DNA of 63,154 bases, filler included, from Craspedostauros australis (GCA_030167865.1; 5 parts of 5 records of this genome joined end to end with filler, not necessarily neighbours in it), one strand, 5' to 3'; shown: positions 12,524-24,480, counted from the first letter of the whole stretch. Translations and numbers: made by a program. Notes: a model not told the origin generated them from the sequence alone.

Positions 12524-12784
12524 TTAACCCTGCTGCTGGCGGGAGCGCATGTACTCCTCGAAAGATTCTCCCTGTGGGATGACCTTGCGTGGATCGTCGT
12601 TGTCCTGTGGGTTGACGGCGCGGGTGTAGTCCTCTCCTCCCATGGACCATCCGAGCTCGGCGGCGGCATCCCAGTCCTGCTTTCCGTTGAAGACGGCGGT
12701 GGACTGACGGACGGCAGCGTTTGGCGCGAATGCAGAAGCAGAAGCGACGAGGGCGGCGATGACGGCAAGCTTGTACTGTATCAT
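12524..12784 (-). CDS. Small nucleus-encoded plastid-targeted protein (86 aa), function unknown
   Basis: MIQYKLAVIAALVASASAFAP: signal peptide with an exact ASAFAP motif, then a short transit peptide and an acidic mature part ending SFEEYMRSRQQQG. Confidence 0.85.
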   Translation of the reverse strand: MIQYKLAVIAALVASASAFAPNAAVRQSTAVFNGKQDWDAAAELGWSMGGEDYTRAVNPQDNDDPRKVIPQGESFEEYMRSRQQQG

Positions 12785-15152
12785 CGAATGCGGCAGGTTG
12801 GTGTTTGACGTGCAGTGTTTGACAATCGAATACATGTTGTTTTGGAAGTTGGGAGGAGTAGCGGGAAACGGAGTGTGAGCATTGCGTTTGGAACACGAGG
12901 TCGCCGGATATCGGCAAGGTAGCAGGCAGTGGGTGCTGGTGTTGCGAATCATGGTCTGGCTTGGCGGTTGCATCTTGACTTACCATGATTGAAGTTGTTG
13001 TTGACGAGTGAATTGACTGATTCTTTGGTTTTTATGAGAGGAAGGGTGGGTGGAAAGATGTCTGTGGTGATGTGCGCAGTTTCCAACGTGAGGAGGGTGG
13101 TGTCAAGGCGTGAAAGAATGACGGCCCCAAAGATCCAGTACGGATTCCTACGCAAAATCTACTTGGCAAGATGATGTCGATCCAGAACACTGCCTGACTG
13201 ACGTCGAGAGCCTTTTCTTCTTTTGATGTATCGCTGTCGTGCGTGTGCGTACGCGTATGTGTGTGGCGGCGACAAGGGACAGGGCTCGTACGCACAGACA
13301 GGGAGAAGAACGAACAAGGGGCAATTCGTCGTGCGTACGCACAGACATACGAACGCAACCGCACACATTACACATCATCCACATCCACTCGCACTCGCGC
13401 GCACACGTTTTGTTCAGCATTTTCGCCTCATGTTTCCATCCACGCACTGCGTTGCTCGTACGCATGCGTCGCAGAGATCGTGGGTGGGTGGCCACGCAAG
13501 CGTCCATTCCACTCTTTTTAGTACAAAATCTTTCGCATTTGAACGGTGACGGACACGACGACATTCGTCAGGTTTGACTGGCGCGATCGTTGTCACGCCA
13601 ATCAGAAATTCTGGATTCCATGTTCTGCTGTTCTTATACGGGACTGATCTTATTCACGAATATGTCGTTCCTGGAATGAAAATTCAATGGTGGACTGACT
13701 TAGCGTCTTCTTTGACACCTTTCACATGTCGTGGCGAGATGATCAAGAACGCCAATCGCGCAGGTGTCACCTCATCTGTTCGGGTTGATGGATGTCTTGT
13801 GATGCTCGCAGCTTGTGGCTTGTTTGGCGGCGGAGATGGGAGATGGGAGATGGCCGTTGTTCTGCCGACGGAGCGGGAACATTGACAGTCGTCACGCCAA
13901 GGGGAATTCTCATCAGCGAACGCACGAATCGTTTCAATCTGCATCGCGTCACGCTGTTGGCGGAAACCGGACCTCCTCTTTCCAGTCATTCGGGTCCCTG
14001 AATAAAATGTCATTGGGCTGTACTTGGTTGATTATTGTTCGTCGGAGGCTCTTGCTTTGTCGGCGAATGACTCGATTGCCCAACCAGAATCTCCGATTGT
14101 GTCGCGGGAGTGATGCACGCCACCGAACTGCTGGAAGCAATTGCGTGATTTGCAGATGCGCAAAGATGGAGGGACAGAGGACGATGACACTCCCCAACCA
14201 CCGCCGACAACACCGACAGCACTGACAACAACGGTTGAAGAGAGATGGCGCGCGGATGAAGAAGGCCTTCTTCTTTGGGTTCTTCTTCTTCGCCTTTCGG
14301 CTCTGGCTGCGTTTTCGTTGGTTGACAAACAAGACGAGAAGACACAGCAGCGTTGGTCGTGACGCGTTTGATGCCAACAAACGGAGGAAGAAAGAAAGAG
14401 GCGAAGGAACAAAAACAAGAACACAACGCCCCAAACCGTGCCCCAACGACCCATCGAAATCACTGACGACATCGTGTCACACCACCACATCACAAGAAAG
14501 AAAGCAAGAGAGAGCCCAAACCCATCAAAATCCAGCCACCCATCCATCCATCCATCCAGCAATGCATCGAGCTTTCCCAAAACGATAATGGCAAGAAAGC
14601 AGGTCTGCCTCAAACCAATCAAAGACTAGTGGCAACACAAATACGAGCCACACAAGCACAGGCACTCGAACACATCCAAGAGAAAGAGAGAGGAGCATCG
14701 CATTGTGTTGCATTATTGACAGGAGCAGAATACAATCAGAGCGCACTGTCGCGACATCATCCATTCCAACCACAGACACTTCAGCATCTCATCGAATTCC
14801 CTGGCAAAACCAGCTGTGCCCACAAAAGAAAGCGAACAGACGTTCTCGGACGACAAGAGCAAGACAACGCAGCAAACGCCGCACGCACGGTATCCGAATC
14901 CAACACAACTCGTCCAAGCATAGGTACCATACCCCGCCGCACCATACCAATATTCTATACTCGTGCTGGCTGGATACGAGTACAGAGACCTCTCCGACGT
15001 TGTTCACGATACCGCGACCCCTCTCTCCTCTGGTGTTGACGCTTTCCTTGCCATCGTTCGCGTTGCTGACACCAAACAGATCAACCGATTTTGCGTTGTG
15101 GTGGTGATAGTCCGTCCGCAGAAACCACGTTTGGACTTTTTGGTCGTGTTCG

Positions 15153-17489
15153 GTGTGTTGCAGTTTCGAATCTGCTGTGCTTTTCGGCGTGACGAAACGA
15201 ATCCCTGCCACACAGCCAAAACAACTCAGAAACGAATCTCTCCAGCCACCTCGGCGAGAGAGGAGACGACTGGACATAAAAATCAGGAACGGCATTACAA
15301 ACACCGATCGAGAACGAACACTGCACAACAATAGCAACAACACAAGAAAGAAAGACAGCAATAACAATAGCAATAACAACAACAGTAAGGAAGCCACGAT
15401 GATCTGCACATGCCGCGAATGGGCAGAATCCAGCACAAGCAACGCTCCATCACACGAGACGCCGTTGCATGTGAGCGATGCCATGCCCAACGCCGATTCG
15501 TCCATGGCACAGGAGGACTCCAAGCCTACCCATAACAATCACAAGCACAACCACAACCACAGACATGAACACAACGATGAGTATGAACAACAACATGGAC
15601 ACGGACATGGATACGGACATAAGACCAGGCGAAGATGTCGCCGCAACCGGCCCTACCGATTCAACGCTTCTGTTCCGCTCCTGATCGTGGCGTGTTGGAG
15701 CCTTTTGTCGGCAGACAACACGGCGTGGTCTTTCCCCATCGCGCCAGTCGCGCTCGCAGCAGCAGCCACGATGCAACCGGCTGACTCGACATCGAGGCTT
15801 CCCACGCAGACGCGTGCTCTGGCGGTGGACCTTGATGCCCCTGCCCACCCACGTGCGGGCAGGACTCCATCACCACGCCGCAACGGTAAGGCTGCGAGCC
15901 GAGATGCCAGCCCAGACTCGCAACGTCGTTGGCTCGACTTGCACTTTCTGAGGTCGCACCCTCAGCAAGTGACTGGCCGACGCAGCGAACTGCAGCCCGA
16001 GGAACGCGAAGTACTTCTCGCACGCCTCGGGTATGCCGATGATAGAGCCGCCACAGCGACACTGCCCGCTCCGCCAAAAGTTGGAGCAATCGCTTCACAA
16101 CGCCAGCCCCATCGACAAAGCGAACAAACACAAGCACGCACCTGGCAGCAACAGCGACAACAACAACAACAGTCAAAAGGAAACCTACTCACGCGGTACG
16201 CTGAAAGAAAGGAGGCAACGCGCAGATTGCACTTGCGTGGGGAATACGAGCGCCGGAAGACGGAATGGGCCGGTCGATACACCGATGTCAAAGGGTTGAG
16301 AAGCACGTTTGGTAGGAACCGGAACCGATTGTGGGGCGACTTGGATGCCACCACCACAAGACGGCTGTACAAGACCCTGCTGCCGACCGCCATCATGGAG
16401 CTTTGGGTACAACTGGATGGCATCGTGAGTCCTGAAGAGGTGGCCCCGCTGGCCTACCAGGCGCGCAAAGCTGCCAAGCTTTACGCCCGTGAGCGCAGTC
16501 AGCTGCCGTACCGTGTCATGGCACAGACGATGGATGGAATTCGCACATTCCAGCAGTACGGTAGGTTCCAGCCATCCGGTTTGTCATATCAGCAGATATG
16601 GGACAAGTACCGTGAGCAGGCCATCGCGTCGATGGAGGCCGGCGTGGAGTTCAGCGAAGGCGGCGATCTCACAGAAGACGACGTGACGGCCAAGATTTGC
16701 CTCAAGATCCTGGAGAAGAGCTGCGCCACGAACCCAGGGGTGGACAAATGGCTGCTTTCCAAGCCTGGCGCCACGAACGGCGCCGGTGCCATGGGACACC
16801 CGGACCTGGAGTTCATTACACAGCAGCTGGAACGGGACGTACGCAAGCTCCTCGACACAACAACAGCGCAGACGGAAGTGCAACGAAGACTATCATCTCC
16901 TCGTGGTAGGTGGTTTGGTGGTGGCAACGAGCACGACACGGCTGTAACTGTTGATGGTGATGGTGATGTCGCCAGTATTGACTTTGAGTCTGACAGCACC
17001 GGCGGCGGTGGCAACGAGGGCAACGAACATGGAACGAATGTACAATTCGAGACCTCCTCGAGCGGCACCGCAACCACGAGCGACACAGATCACAGGAACA
17101 CGAACGCTAACACCAAGGCAAACGACGACACCGTCAAAGCCGACGCTCCCAATGCACGACAGCAGGCACTGGCGCTGCAGAAATACAGAACCTGGCGAGC
17201 GATCGCGAAGGCAAAACGCCACGCGCAAACCGTGTACCAAAACCACGCCTCGGCGCCAACGAGCGAGGTAAAGATCGCCAGAACAGAAAGCCCGGATCTT
17301 CGCGAGGACAGCACAAGCGACGGTCCACACGAGGTCGATCAGCACATCTCAGAGCGCCTCGCAGGAGAATTTCGAAGCGCTGGTGCAAGCCACCATAAAC
17401 AGCACTGGAGCAACCGTTCTTCACGCCATCGGCAGCGCCACAACAAGAGATGGACCAATCGGCAGCAACCATCGCGCAACAAGGACTGA
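15153..17489 (+). CDS. Hypothetical protein, probably secretory or plastid-targeted; true start probably downstream of 15153
   Basis: 778-aa ORF with coding-like composition. Hydrophobic segment ends AWSFP. A globular core (LWGDLD...RRLYKTLLP...YARERSQLP...ILEKSCATN) is flanked by low-complexity regions. Confidence 0.7.
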   Translation: MCCSFESAVLFGVTKRIPATQPKQLRNESLQPPRRERRRLDIKIRNGITNTDRERTLHNNSNNTRKKDSNNNSNNNNSKEATMICTCREWAESSTSNAPSHETPLHVSDAMPNADSSMAQEDSKPTHNNHKHNHNHRHEHNDEYEQQHGHGHGYGHKTRRRCRRNRPYRFNASVPLLIVACWSLLSADNTAWSFPIAPVALAAAATMQPADSTSRLPTQTRALAVDLDAPAHPRAGRTPSPRRNGKAASRDASPDSQRRWLDLHFLRSHPQQVTGRRSELQPEEREVLLARLGYADDRAATATLPAPPKVGAIASQRQPHRQSEQTQARTWQQQRQQQQQSKGNLLTRYAERKEATRRLHLRGEYERRKTEWAGRYTDVKGLRSTFGRNRNRLWGDLDATTTRRLYKTLLPTAIMELWVQLDGIVSPEEVAPLAYQARKAAKLYARERSQLPYRVMAQTMDGIRTFQQYGRFQPSGLSYQQIWDKYREQAIASMEAGVEFSEGGDLTEDDVTAKICLKILEKSCATNPGVDKWLLSKPGATNGAGAMGHPDLEFITQQLERDVRKLLDTTTAQTEVQRRLSSPRGRWFGGGNEHDTAVTVDGDGDVASIDFESDSTGGGGNEGNEHGTNVQFETSSSGTATTSDTDHRNTNANTKANDDTVKADAPNARQQALALQKYRTWRAIAKAKRHAQTVYQNHASAPTSEVKIARTESPDLREDSTSDGPHEVDQHISERLAGEFRSAGASHHKQHWSNRSSRHRQRHNKRWTNRQQPSRNKD

Positions 17490-17889
17490 ACGTATGCACG
17501 CGGGGGCCAAAGCGCAGGAGCTTTTGGCATGGTACACGCCTCCACTTACTCTCGAGTCGAGTCCCCACCCTTCCCAAGCTAAAATAGATTAGGAAAAGAC
17601 AGAACGAATCGTATGTGGTACAACCGTACACGTGGACTTTGTATTGTGGCTGGAGAGTTGAGTAGGTCGTAGGCTATGGAGTGTTAGTCTGCAACCACTC
17701 TGTTCGTAGTACGTGCATAGTAAAGAAACATCACGCTACGTATTGTTTGCGTTGCCATACTCGTACGATTATGACAGTACGAGTATCATCCACAACCACG
17801 TTGCAAGTGTTTGCTCTACAGTGCTCTGAGAAATAGTGGCATGGTTGGCTGAGGTCAAACTGACAGCACCTGCCCGCCGTTGACTGGCA

Positions 17890-18789
17890 TTATGAAGGCG
17901 GAGGCGTCATCCCGCTGCCATCCTCCGCGCCGAGATATGCCTGGATGTAGTTAATGGAGGATGCTGGCGGCACGAACATGAAGCCGGGTGCCTCCTTGGA
18001 AGTGATCGTCGTCGCCAAAAGCTCAACGGCACGATCCAGCGACAACGTGGCGATCTGGAAATCGTCCACATCGCCGCCGTCCATCGAAGTTGCCTCCTGC
18101 AACGCGTCATCCGCCTCTTCTCTGGCAAAGAATAGCGGAAGCAAGGGTTTGTCATCCCCGGGGCTGGGCAGCATGATCTCCATGCAGCAAAAGAGAGGCA
18201 CCGACTGTCCGATGGGATTCGTTCCTGGGGGCGCACCCGCCGATTCCAACGCTGACCGCGACGGAACGATTATGCACTTGCCTGTGCTCGCCTGCTCGAG
18301 GATGGTGCCCAACGGGAACGGGACAAGATCCAACCCGTCGTGCTTCGTCTCAGCCTTTGCCTTCTCCAGTTCCTCCTGAGCTGCAGAAGCATCGCAGTAG
18401 AAGAAGGGCATGTTGGCGACGGCGGGAGCGTCGCCATCAGGGGAGAGGCTCACGTGGTACTCCATGGGCTGTCCCTTTTCGTTTGCAACGCAGAACAAGG
18501 GCACGTCGTTCAGCGTATCTTGAACGAGAGGCCATGCTGCAGATGCAAATAGTTCCTTGGGTAGGCCTCCGGGATCGGGTGATGCCCCCTGTGAAGACAT
18601 CGCGAGCGGCGCTCGTGCTCCTGATGTTGCACGCGCCACCGGTGACGACCTCCTGCGCACTTGCTGCGAAGCATGCGGAATAGGGTTGGCGTATCGCTGG
18701 TGCAGACCACTGTGCGGCGCGGGAGAAAAGCCATCCACCTTCGTTAGCCAGATGTTGGCAGCGAGCGCAATGATACCGAATGATAGCAT
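17890..18789 (-). CDS. TIC22: Tic22-like plastid protein import chaperone
   Basis: Bipartite presequence (…KVDG|FSP). Two internal repeats typical of Tic22: LNDVPLFCVANEKGQP…PFFYCDASAA and VPLFCC…LPLFFAREEA…ATLSLDRAV…FMFVPP. Confidence 0.75.
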   Translation of the reverse strand: MLSFGIIALAANIWLTKVDGFSPAPHSGLHQRYANPIPHASQQVRRRSSPVARATSGARAPLAMSSQGASPDPGGLPKELFASAAWPLVQDTLNDVPLFCVANEKGQPMEYHVSLSPDGDAPAVANMPFFYCDASAAQEELEKAKAETKHDGLDLVPFPLGTILEQASTGKCIIVPSRSALESAGAPPGTNPIGQSVPLFCCMEIMLPSPGDDKPLLPLFFAREEADDALQEATSMDGGDVDDFQIATLSLDRAVELLATTITSKEAPGFMFVPPASSINYIQAYLGAEDGSGMTPPPS

Positions 18790-19505
18790 CCTGGTTGCCT
18801 GTGCGTACGGGTATGCTGGTACGTAATATAGTAGAATAGACTGGTGTATTATTGACGCTGCTGGTGCTGATGCTGGCTTTGTGCCATCGACGTATGATTG
18901 TGGGTGCGATGGCAGGCTGTTCTCTGGAGCAACAACAACGCAACACAGGTTGTCGACAGCGCACGCGGAGCCGGTTGGGGGAGCGTGGTCTCAGAATCGT
19001 CGTTGTTGTGATGGGTGGCTGATGGGTTCGCGGAGGTGTCAACAAAAGATACGCCAATGATGTGAGACATTGCCGATGGTATATCCATTTAAGTACTCTC
19101 GAGCGAGAGAGAGTACTGTTGTGTCCGAGAAGAGCACATCACCGAGCAATGGGAAACTAATGAAGTACCTAATAACAAGTATACTTTAATGTTGAACGAT
19201 ATTCGAGGTACCATTATACTAGTATGGTGCTGTGTTTGTCTCGCTCAGCCATGTGTTTGCGCACCTCTCTTGGATTTGGCGGCGCACCTCACGTGAGCAC
19301 ACGCAACATCGAGACGTATCTGGACCCTCTGTCGGTCCCCACAACCTCACTGGAGACGCACGACAACATCGACATCAACATCAAACGCCAATCGAGCAAC
19401 GCTCGAGGCACCGCCAGGAACAACTTCTCGCTCGGAGACTCTGCAAACAAGCGAAAGGTGGAGACACATCGAGGTCGGATCATTCGCAAAACACGACGAA
19501 TTGCC

Positions 19506-21767
19506 ATGACGTGCCAGCGTACGAGTGCGAGGAATAGTACCACGCACGGCCACACATTCATGGTGATGCTGTCGATCATCCTTGCATCGCAAATCACGCA
19601 GTCAGTCGCATTTGTCTCATCGTCGGCATCACTGTCGGCATCAACACCACTGTTGTTCTCGCCATCACGATCCAAAAGTTGGCTGCAACGTTCACTGATA
19701 CCATCACTCTCATATTCTCAGCGCAGTCACCGAACTGAATGTCATGCATCCTCAAGCACTGATTTGGGCACTGTTCCTCGTAAGCTCGATGAATCCGCAT
19801 CTAAGAACGGAACACCAGCGCATGATGTCCTCCATCGATCGTCGATCTTCGGTTCCATCCACAGGATAAAAATGGAAGGCGACTCAGTTTTAGGCAGCGC
19901 TGGCGTTCCCACGTTTGCGTGTCTCTCGCTGCCAAACGACGAAGATGCCAGCAGCATCAACAACAACAACGATGACAGTCACAAAGCGATGCATGATGAC
20001 ACGGCCCAAGCTCAATCATCGCCTCAGACCACAGATGTATCAGAATGCTTGCATTTCTGCCAACCTTACCGAAGCCAACGCGCACGAGGTCTTGAGGGGG
20101 TCCTGCGACAAGGTCCCGCATTCATCTTGGATGCCGTTCTCACACCAGCGGCCTGTGAGGCGATCATCGATGATTGTAACCGACTCGGTTTCGGGCAGTA
20201 CGACCAGGGCAAGAATCATCACGGAGCGCTCCAGTTGCTCGTCTCGCAACCCACCGCTGACGCAGTTGCCCAAGCGTTGGCGCAGCATGTGGATATCGAA
20301 CAAGTGGCCGAAAGATACCGCGAGATGGAAACGCAAGGGCAGGCCCACGACAACCACCAACCTGCAAGCCAACGCAACGGCGCGGTTCGTGACGTCCAAT
20401 TTACCTATGCTGGTCTCAATCGAAGATGGAGGGTGTACAAGTACGAATCATCTGGCGATGAAACCTTCGCTCCACACATCGATGCCGGCTTCTCTCCCTC
20501 TGGCTTGAGCGATGATGGCACGGAGCTCATTTGGGACGCTGCGTACAACAGTAACAGCGATGGCGAAGATGCCAATCCCAATTCGTCCATCGTGTCTCGT
20601 CTGACTGTCCTCATGTACCTCAACGACGACTTCGTCGGAGGCGAGACCAACTTTTATGCTCCCGTTGCATCTCCGTCCCGGTCTGCGCCTGAATCTTCTA
20701 CCGGGCCATCCCATCCCACGCCGCTCATCGCATCGGTTCGTCCTGTTGCTGGCTCGGTTCTCGTGTTCCCGCAAGCCGTGGGAGAAGACAAGGTGGAATA
20801 CGCCCGACGGCACTGGCCGATGCACGAGGGATCCCCGGTGGTGTCTGGACGTCCCAAGTACGTCGTGCGGTCGGACGTCTTGTTCGTGACGGAACACAGT
20901 GGCGGCAACCCTCCGGCTGCGAAATCGACCAGCGACGGTTCGGACAAGGAATCCCAAACCGACGAGCGGTATTTATTTCAGTACGATCATCTCGTTCGCG
21001 ACACCTTCATGCCTCAATCCTCCGCCATGAACAGCGTGTTCCTGAACCATGCTGCCAACCTTTACAATCCTCACATGGGCGTGGAGAATCTCGGCCCGCT
21101 GCTGTACTCATGGATTCGCTTCACGAAACGCAGACGCGTTGTCGAAATTGGTGGAGGCTACACCAGTCTCTGGATCCTCCAAGCCCTGCGCGACAACGAC
21201 GATGAAATGAATCGCATCCGACGCCTCGAAAAAGAAGGCGTGTGCAAGCTGATGGACATCCAGTGGACGAACCCTACCGTCCTGGAACGCTTCGATGCCA
21301 CGCCTGCGGGGCTTCTGTGCGTCGACAACTGCGAACATCAGAAGGAGACCGCAACAGGAGTCGGTGCGGTTGCCAAAGCGCTGGGCCTGGATGGTTACCT
21401 CTTCTTCCAAAAGGCCGATGCGTTCGAAATGAAACTCGGGGACTGCACTATCGACATTTTGTGGTGCGACTTTGGCGTCGGCGATCGCATGAACGAGTTC
21501 ATGAGGAGCAACTGGTCATCCGTTCGTCCTGGTGGCTTCCTGTTCTGCCACTCCACTCTCACAAACCAAAACACGCGTCAGTGGTTGGAAGCGATGAGAT
21601 CTCGGGAGGACGAATCCGTGACGGGCGTCCCCGCGGATGAATATGTCGAGGTATCGCTGCTGGAGCCGCACAAACGTTTCCAGAACAGTGTTTCGATCTT
21701 CCAAAAGAGGAGGTCCGGCAAGCACAACGACACCTACAGCGAGCCGATCAATTCAAAGTACGCATAG
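19506..21767 (+). CDS. Fusion protein: prolyl-4-hydroxylase-like 2OG-Fe(II) oxygenase + class I SAM-dependent methyltransferase; bipartite targeting signal
   Basis: Oxygenase motifs FAPHIDA (HxD), LTVLMYLNDDFVGGETNF, MHEG (distal His), KYVVRSD. Methyltransferase motifs VVEIGGGYTSL, LCVDN, IDILWCD, VRPGG. Presequence ends QSVAFVSSS. Confidence 0.85.
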   Translation: MTCQRTSARNSTTHGHTFMVMLSIILASQITQSVAFVSSSASLSASTPLLFSPSRSKSWLQRSLIPSLSYSQRSHRTECHASSSTDLGTVPRKLDESASKNGTPAHDVLHRSSIFGSIHRIKMEGDSVLGSAGVPTFACLSLPNDEDASSINNNNDDSHKAMHDDTAQAQSSPQTTDVSECLHFCQPYRSQRARGLEGVLRQGPAFILDAVLTPAACEAIIDDCNRLGFGQYDQGKNHHGALQLLVSQPTADAVAQALAQHVDIEQVAERYREMETQGQAHDNHQPASQRNGAVRDVQFTYAGLNRRWRVYKYESSGDETFAPHIDAGFSPSGLSDDGTELIWDAAYNSNSDGEDANPNSSIVSRLTVLMYLNDDFVGGETNFYAPVASPSRSAPESSTGPSHPTPLIASVRPVAGSVLVFPQAVGEDKVEYARRHWPMHEGSPVVSGRPKYVVRSDVLFVTEHSGGNPPAAKSTSDGSDKESQTDERYLFQYDHLVRDTFMPQSSAMNSVFLNHAANLYNPHMGVENLGPLLYSWIRFTKRRRVVEIGGGYTSLWILQALRDNDDEMNRIRRLEKEGVCKLMDIQWTNPTVLERFDATPAGLLCVDNCEHQKETATGVGAVAKALGLDGYLFFQKADAFEMKLGDCTIDILWCDFGVGDRMNEFMRSNWSSVRPGGFLFCHSTLTNQNTRQWLEAMRSREDESVTGVPADEYVEVSLLEPHKRFQNSVSIFQKRRSGKHNDTYSEPINSKYA

Positions 21768-22390
21768 CGTCACACATACGTAGATCGTATAATGCGTTAG
21801 AGTGTACTCCTGGCAGAATAAAACAGCATGGCATGATCCAGCGATGCTCCGGTACAAGCAAAGTGCTCCACAAACGCAGCTATCAGACGAGGATAGTGAG
21901 CAGAGCAACGTATAATAATGCTATACTACGCAAGTCGAGCTTCGAAGAGAGTACGACTGCAACCTAGCTCGTAGTCTCCCAATTCTCTGTCGTGAATTGT
22001 GGTCGGGCGAATCGAACATGACAGTCCCAAAACTGACTCCTGGGAGAATCGAATCCTTCCATCCACACGCAAATCCATCCGCTCAAACTCTCCTACTGGG
22101 AAAAGGCATGGAATTAGAAGTAAACAACGGATTATGAGCTCAAGGCACGAGCCATTTACCTCTCATGTGGTCTCTACTCTGCTGCGTACGATTCAGCTGC
22201 AAGTGCCCAGTCTAACGCTCAAATAACCGGTAATAACGTCCGTATCTGCTTGGTCCCCTCGATATGCGGTGGCTCTGCTGCTCGTCAGATCGTCTCAATC
22301 TCTTCGGTGCTCTCGTTCATATTCATTCGTACGGTATGTACCTGCTGCATGTCCTCATGAATGGACACCACAGGGCGCTCATCCCATCCA

Positions 22391-22490
22391 NNNNNNNNNN
22401 NNNNNNNNNNNNNNNNNNNNNNNNNNNNNNNNNNTTAATTAATTAANNNNNNNNNNNNNNNNNNNNNNNNNNNNNNNNNNNNNNNNNNNN
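22391..22490. other. Artificial contig-joining spacer (N run with TTAATTAATTAA)
   Basis: 100-nt N block with a central all-frame-stop linker; the same spacer recurs four times. Confidence 0.97.
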
Positions 22491-23032
22491 GTCCTCCTAC
22501 GCTGTTCTACACATTCGATTCGTCGTTCATCATCTCATCCTCCACGAGCACGCTACTACGCCCACGTGTAGATGCTGTCATCTCATGCTGAACTCCTCGT
22601 TGACCTTTCACGAACTCGATGACGATCGGTCATCGAATCTTCCTTGTTCTCTGCCGGATGTTGAGACAGCTGCCGACGTGGTGACATGATGACATCCTGT
22701 CAACGTCAGCTGCTCTGTTCCATGTATTCCCAGGTTCCTCATTCCGTCATCTTACCCTGGTCAGATGGTCATCTCGTCACCTTAGATAAGTCGCAACCTC
22801 CATTTACCCTTCCTCGATGCCATGTCGGTTGGCGGACATACGAAGGTTCTGATCCTCTCAGATTAGGTTGTCCCAAATCCCCCGCTGGGATTCTTGCATG
22901 ATTTAGTGTGTCCGAGTTTGTGTTGTTGCTCTCAAACACGAAACGTCCAGGACACGAATATTGTCGACGCTACCTGGTCGAGTCTAGACGAACCGATTGG
23001 ATGGGCGATGCACATACCGGTACATCCCGACA
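22491..23032 (-). repeat. LTR of the copia family at 29867-37445 (LTR-1), truncated by the gap
   Basis: Reverse complement of 36904-37445 with one visible SNP. Begins TGTCGGGATG at 23032 and has no polypurine tract in front. Confidence 0.93.
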
Positions 23033-23773
23033 AATAGATCCACCCTCATTTATGAAGTGTACCATTCCATATAGTACCTCTGCCTATTGAATATACTTTG
23101 TTTGTGTCATGGAGTGCAGTGGTATGTAATAATATTAATAACTCAGTGATTACATCATAGATGTGCCTCAAGGCTTTACCCTCGCCTCCGCTGGCCCCGC
23201 AGGACCAGACATCGAGCGAGCCGTCAAGTGTCACCACTCATCCTATTCCTAACCATGCTGCCATGGCTTGCCGTTCTGACTGCATAGAGCGCGCTCTGCG
23301 CCTTGCCTTCACTGCTGCCTGCACCGCCATCATAGAGTTGTTGGCAAGTTCTGTGATTGGAAGCCTACAATCGTGGAAGATGGTGTTGGTTGATAGTCGT
23401 TCTGTTTGCTATTTCATAACTTGGCTACTCCAATCCTCTTGGTGTACGCTCGTTCTCTTGCCCAATGCTCTTGACACGTTTGTCCTGTCTCGTAGGTTCG
23501 GTCTCCGACTATGAGTCGGTGTGCAAGATGCTCTCTCGCTACTCTTCGTATTCTCTTTCTGTCTCTCAATATCGTTTGCTCGTGCCACACGATACTTCAT
23601 GTTTGATGCTTACTCCACATTCGACACTCTGTTTGTTCACTACTGGTTCCTACTCCATGAGTACTTACCATTTGAACTTCACCTCTTGTATCCATGATCT
23701 TGATGCCCTTCGGCCATCGGATCTTTGCCTCCTGCTCTGACCTGGAGACAGATGTCGACGTGGTGACATGATG

Positions 23774-24455
23774 TGTTGGAAATCCGGGGTTAGTGTTAGT
23801 AAGAACTAATTGGTTGTTAGATCGTACTATTCAGAACTGTGAGCTCATTCTCTTCAGCTCCTTTGCCTTTCGTTTCTCATATAGCATCTCCTGCAGCAGC
23901 ANCGTGTTATACTGTTGCATTCATGCATCTCATCATCATGAATCATCGCTTGCATACATGAGATCGCATCCGCAGGCATCCTTTGTCACGCCTATCGTCG
24001 TGCATATCCGTAGGCATTCTTTCCATGCACCTCGTCGTGCATATCCTTATTCTACATTCCCAGCGGTACGATTCCACAGTCTTGCGTTTTGCTCTTGATC
24101 TCCTGACACCAAACTTTACGATTGGTGTCATGATTGATGTCATGGTTGATGCCCTTTCTGAGTTGTTCTAGTCCGTGGGTGACACGTGCCATGATCTCCA
24201 GATGGGGTGATCATCAATGTGTTGGTCATCATCTTCCTTCACATGATTTAGATGTCGTGGCCTTTTCTTGATTCATCGAGGACAGGCTTGTTTGCTTGGT
24301 AAGACTGAGGTCATTCCCGTGTGATTCGTGTCGTGAGTGGAATGGACAATATTCAATGGTGTGACGAATAATATCCAAAGGTGTGACAAATAATGTTGGG
24401 AGTTGCGGCAATCATGGGTATCTTTCCGACAAAGTCGTACCCTCGATTCCTGACA
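23774..24455. repeat. Solo LTR (LTR-3 family) nested in LTR-2
   Basis: TGTTGGAAATCC…GATTCCTGACA, flanked by a duplicated ATGATG. Homologous to 26784-27514. Confidence 0.85.
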
Positions 24456-24480
24456 ATGATGACATCCTGTCGACGTCAGT

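Noticed and set aside
13000..15150. Many overlapping short ORFs and small repeats (CGTACGCACAGACA twice, (CATC)n)
   Set aside because: Low-complexity intergenic/UTR sequence; no coherent protein.
22435..22446. TTAATTAATTAA palindrome recurring four times
   Set aside because: Always centred in a 100-nt N block; it is an assembly linker, not biology.
22686..22901. Identical 71-aa ORF found three times (also 29955-30170 and 37035-37250)
   Set aside because: Chance antisense ORF within copies of the same LTR.
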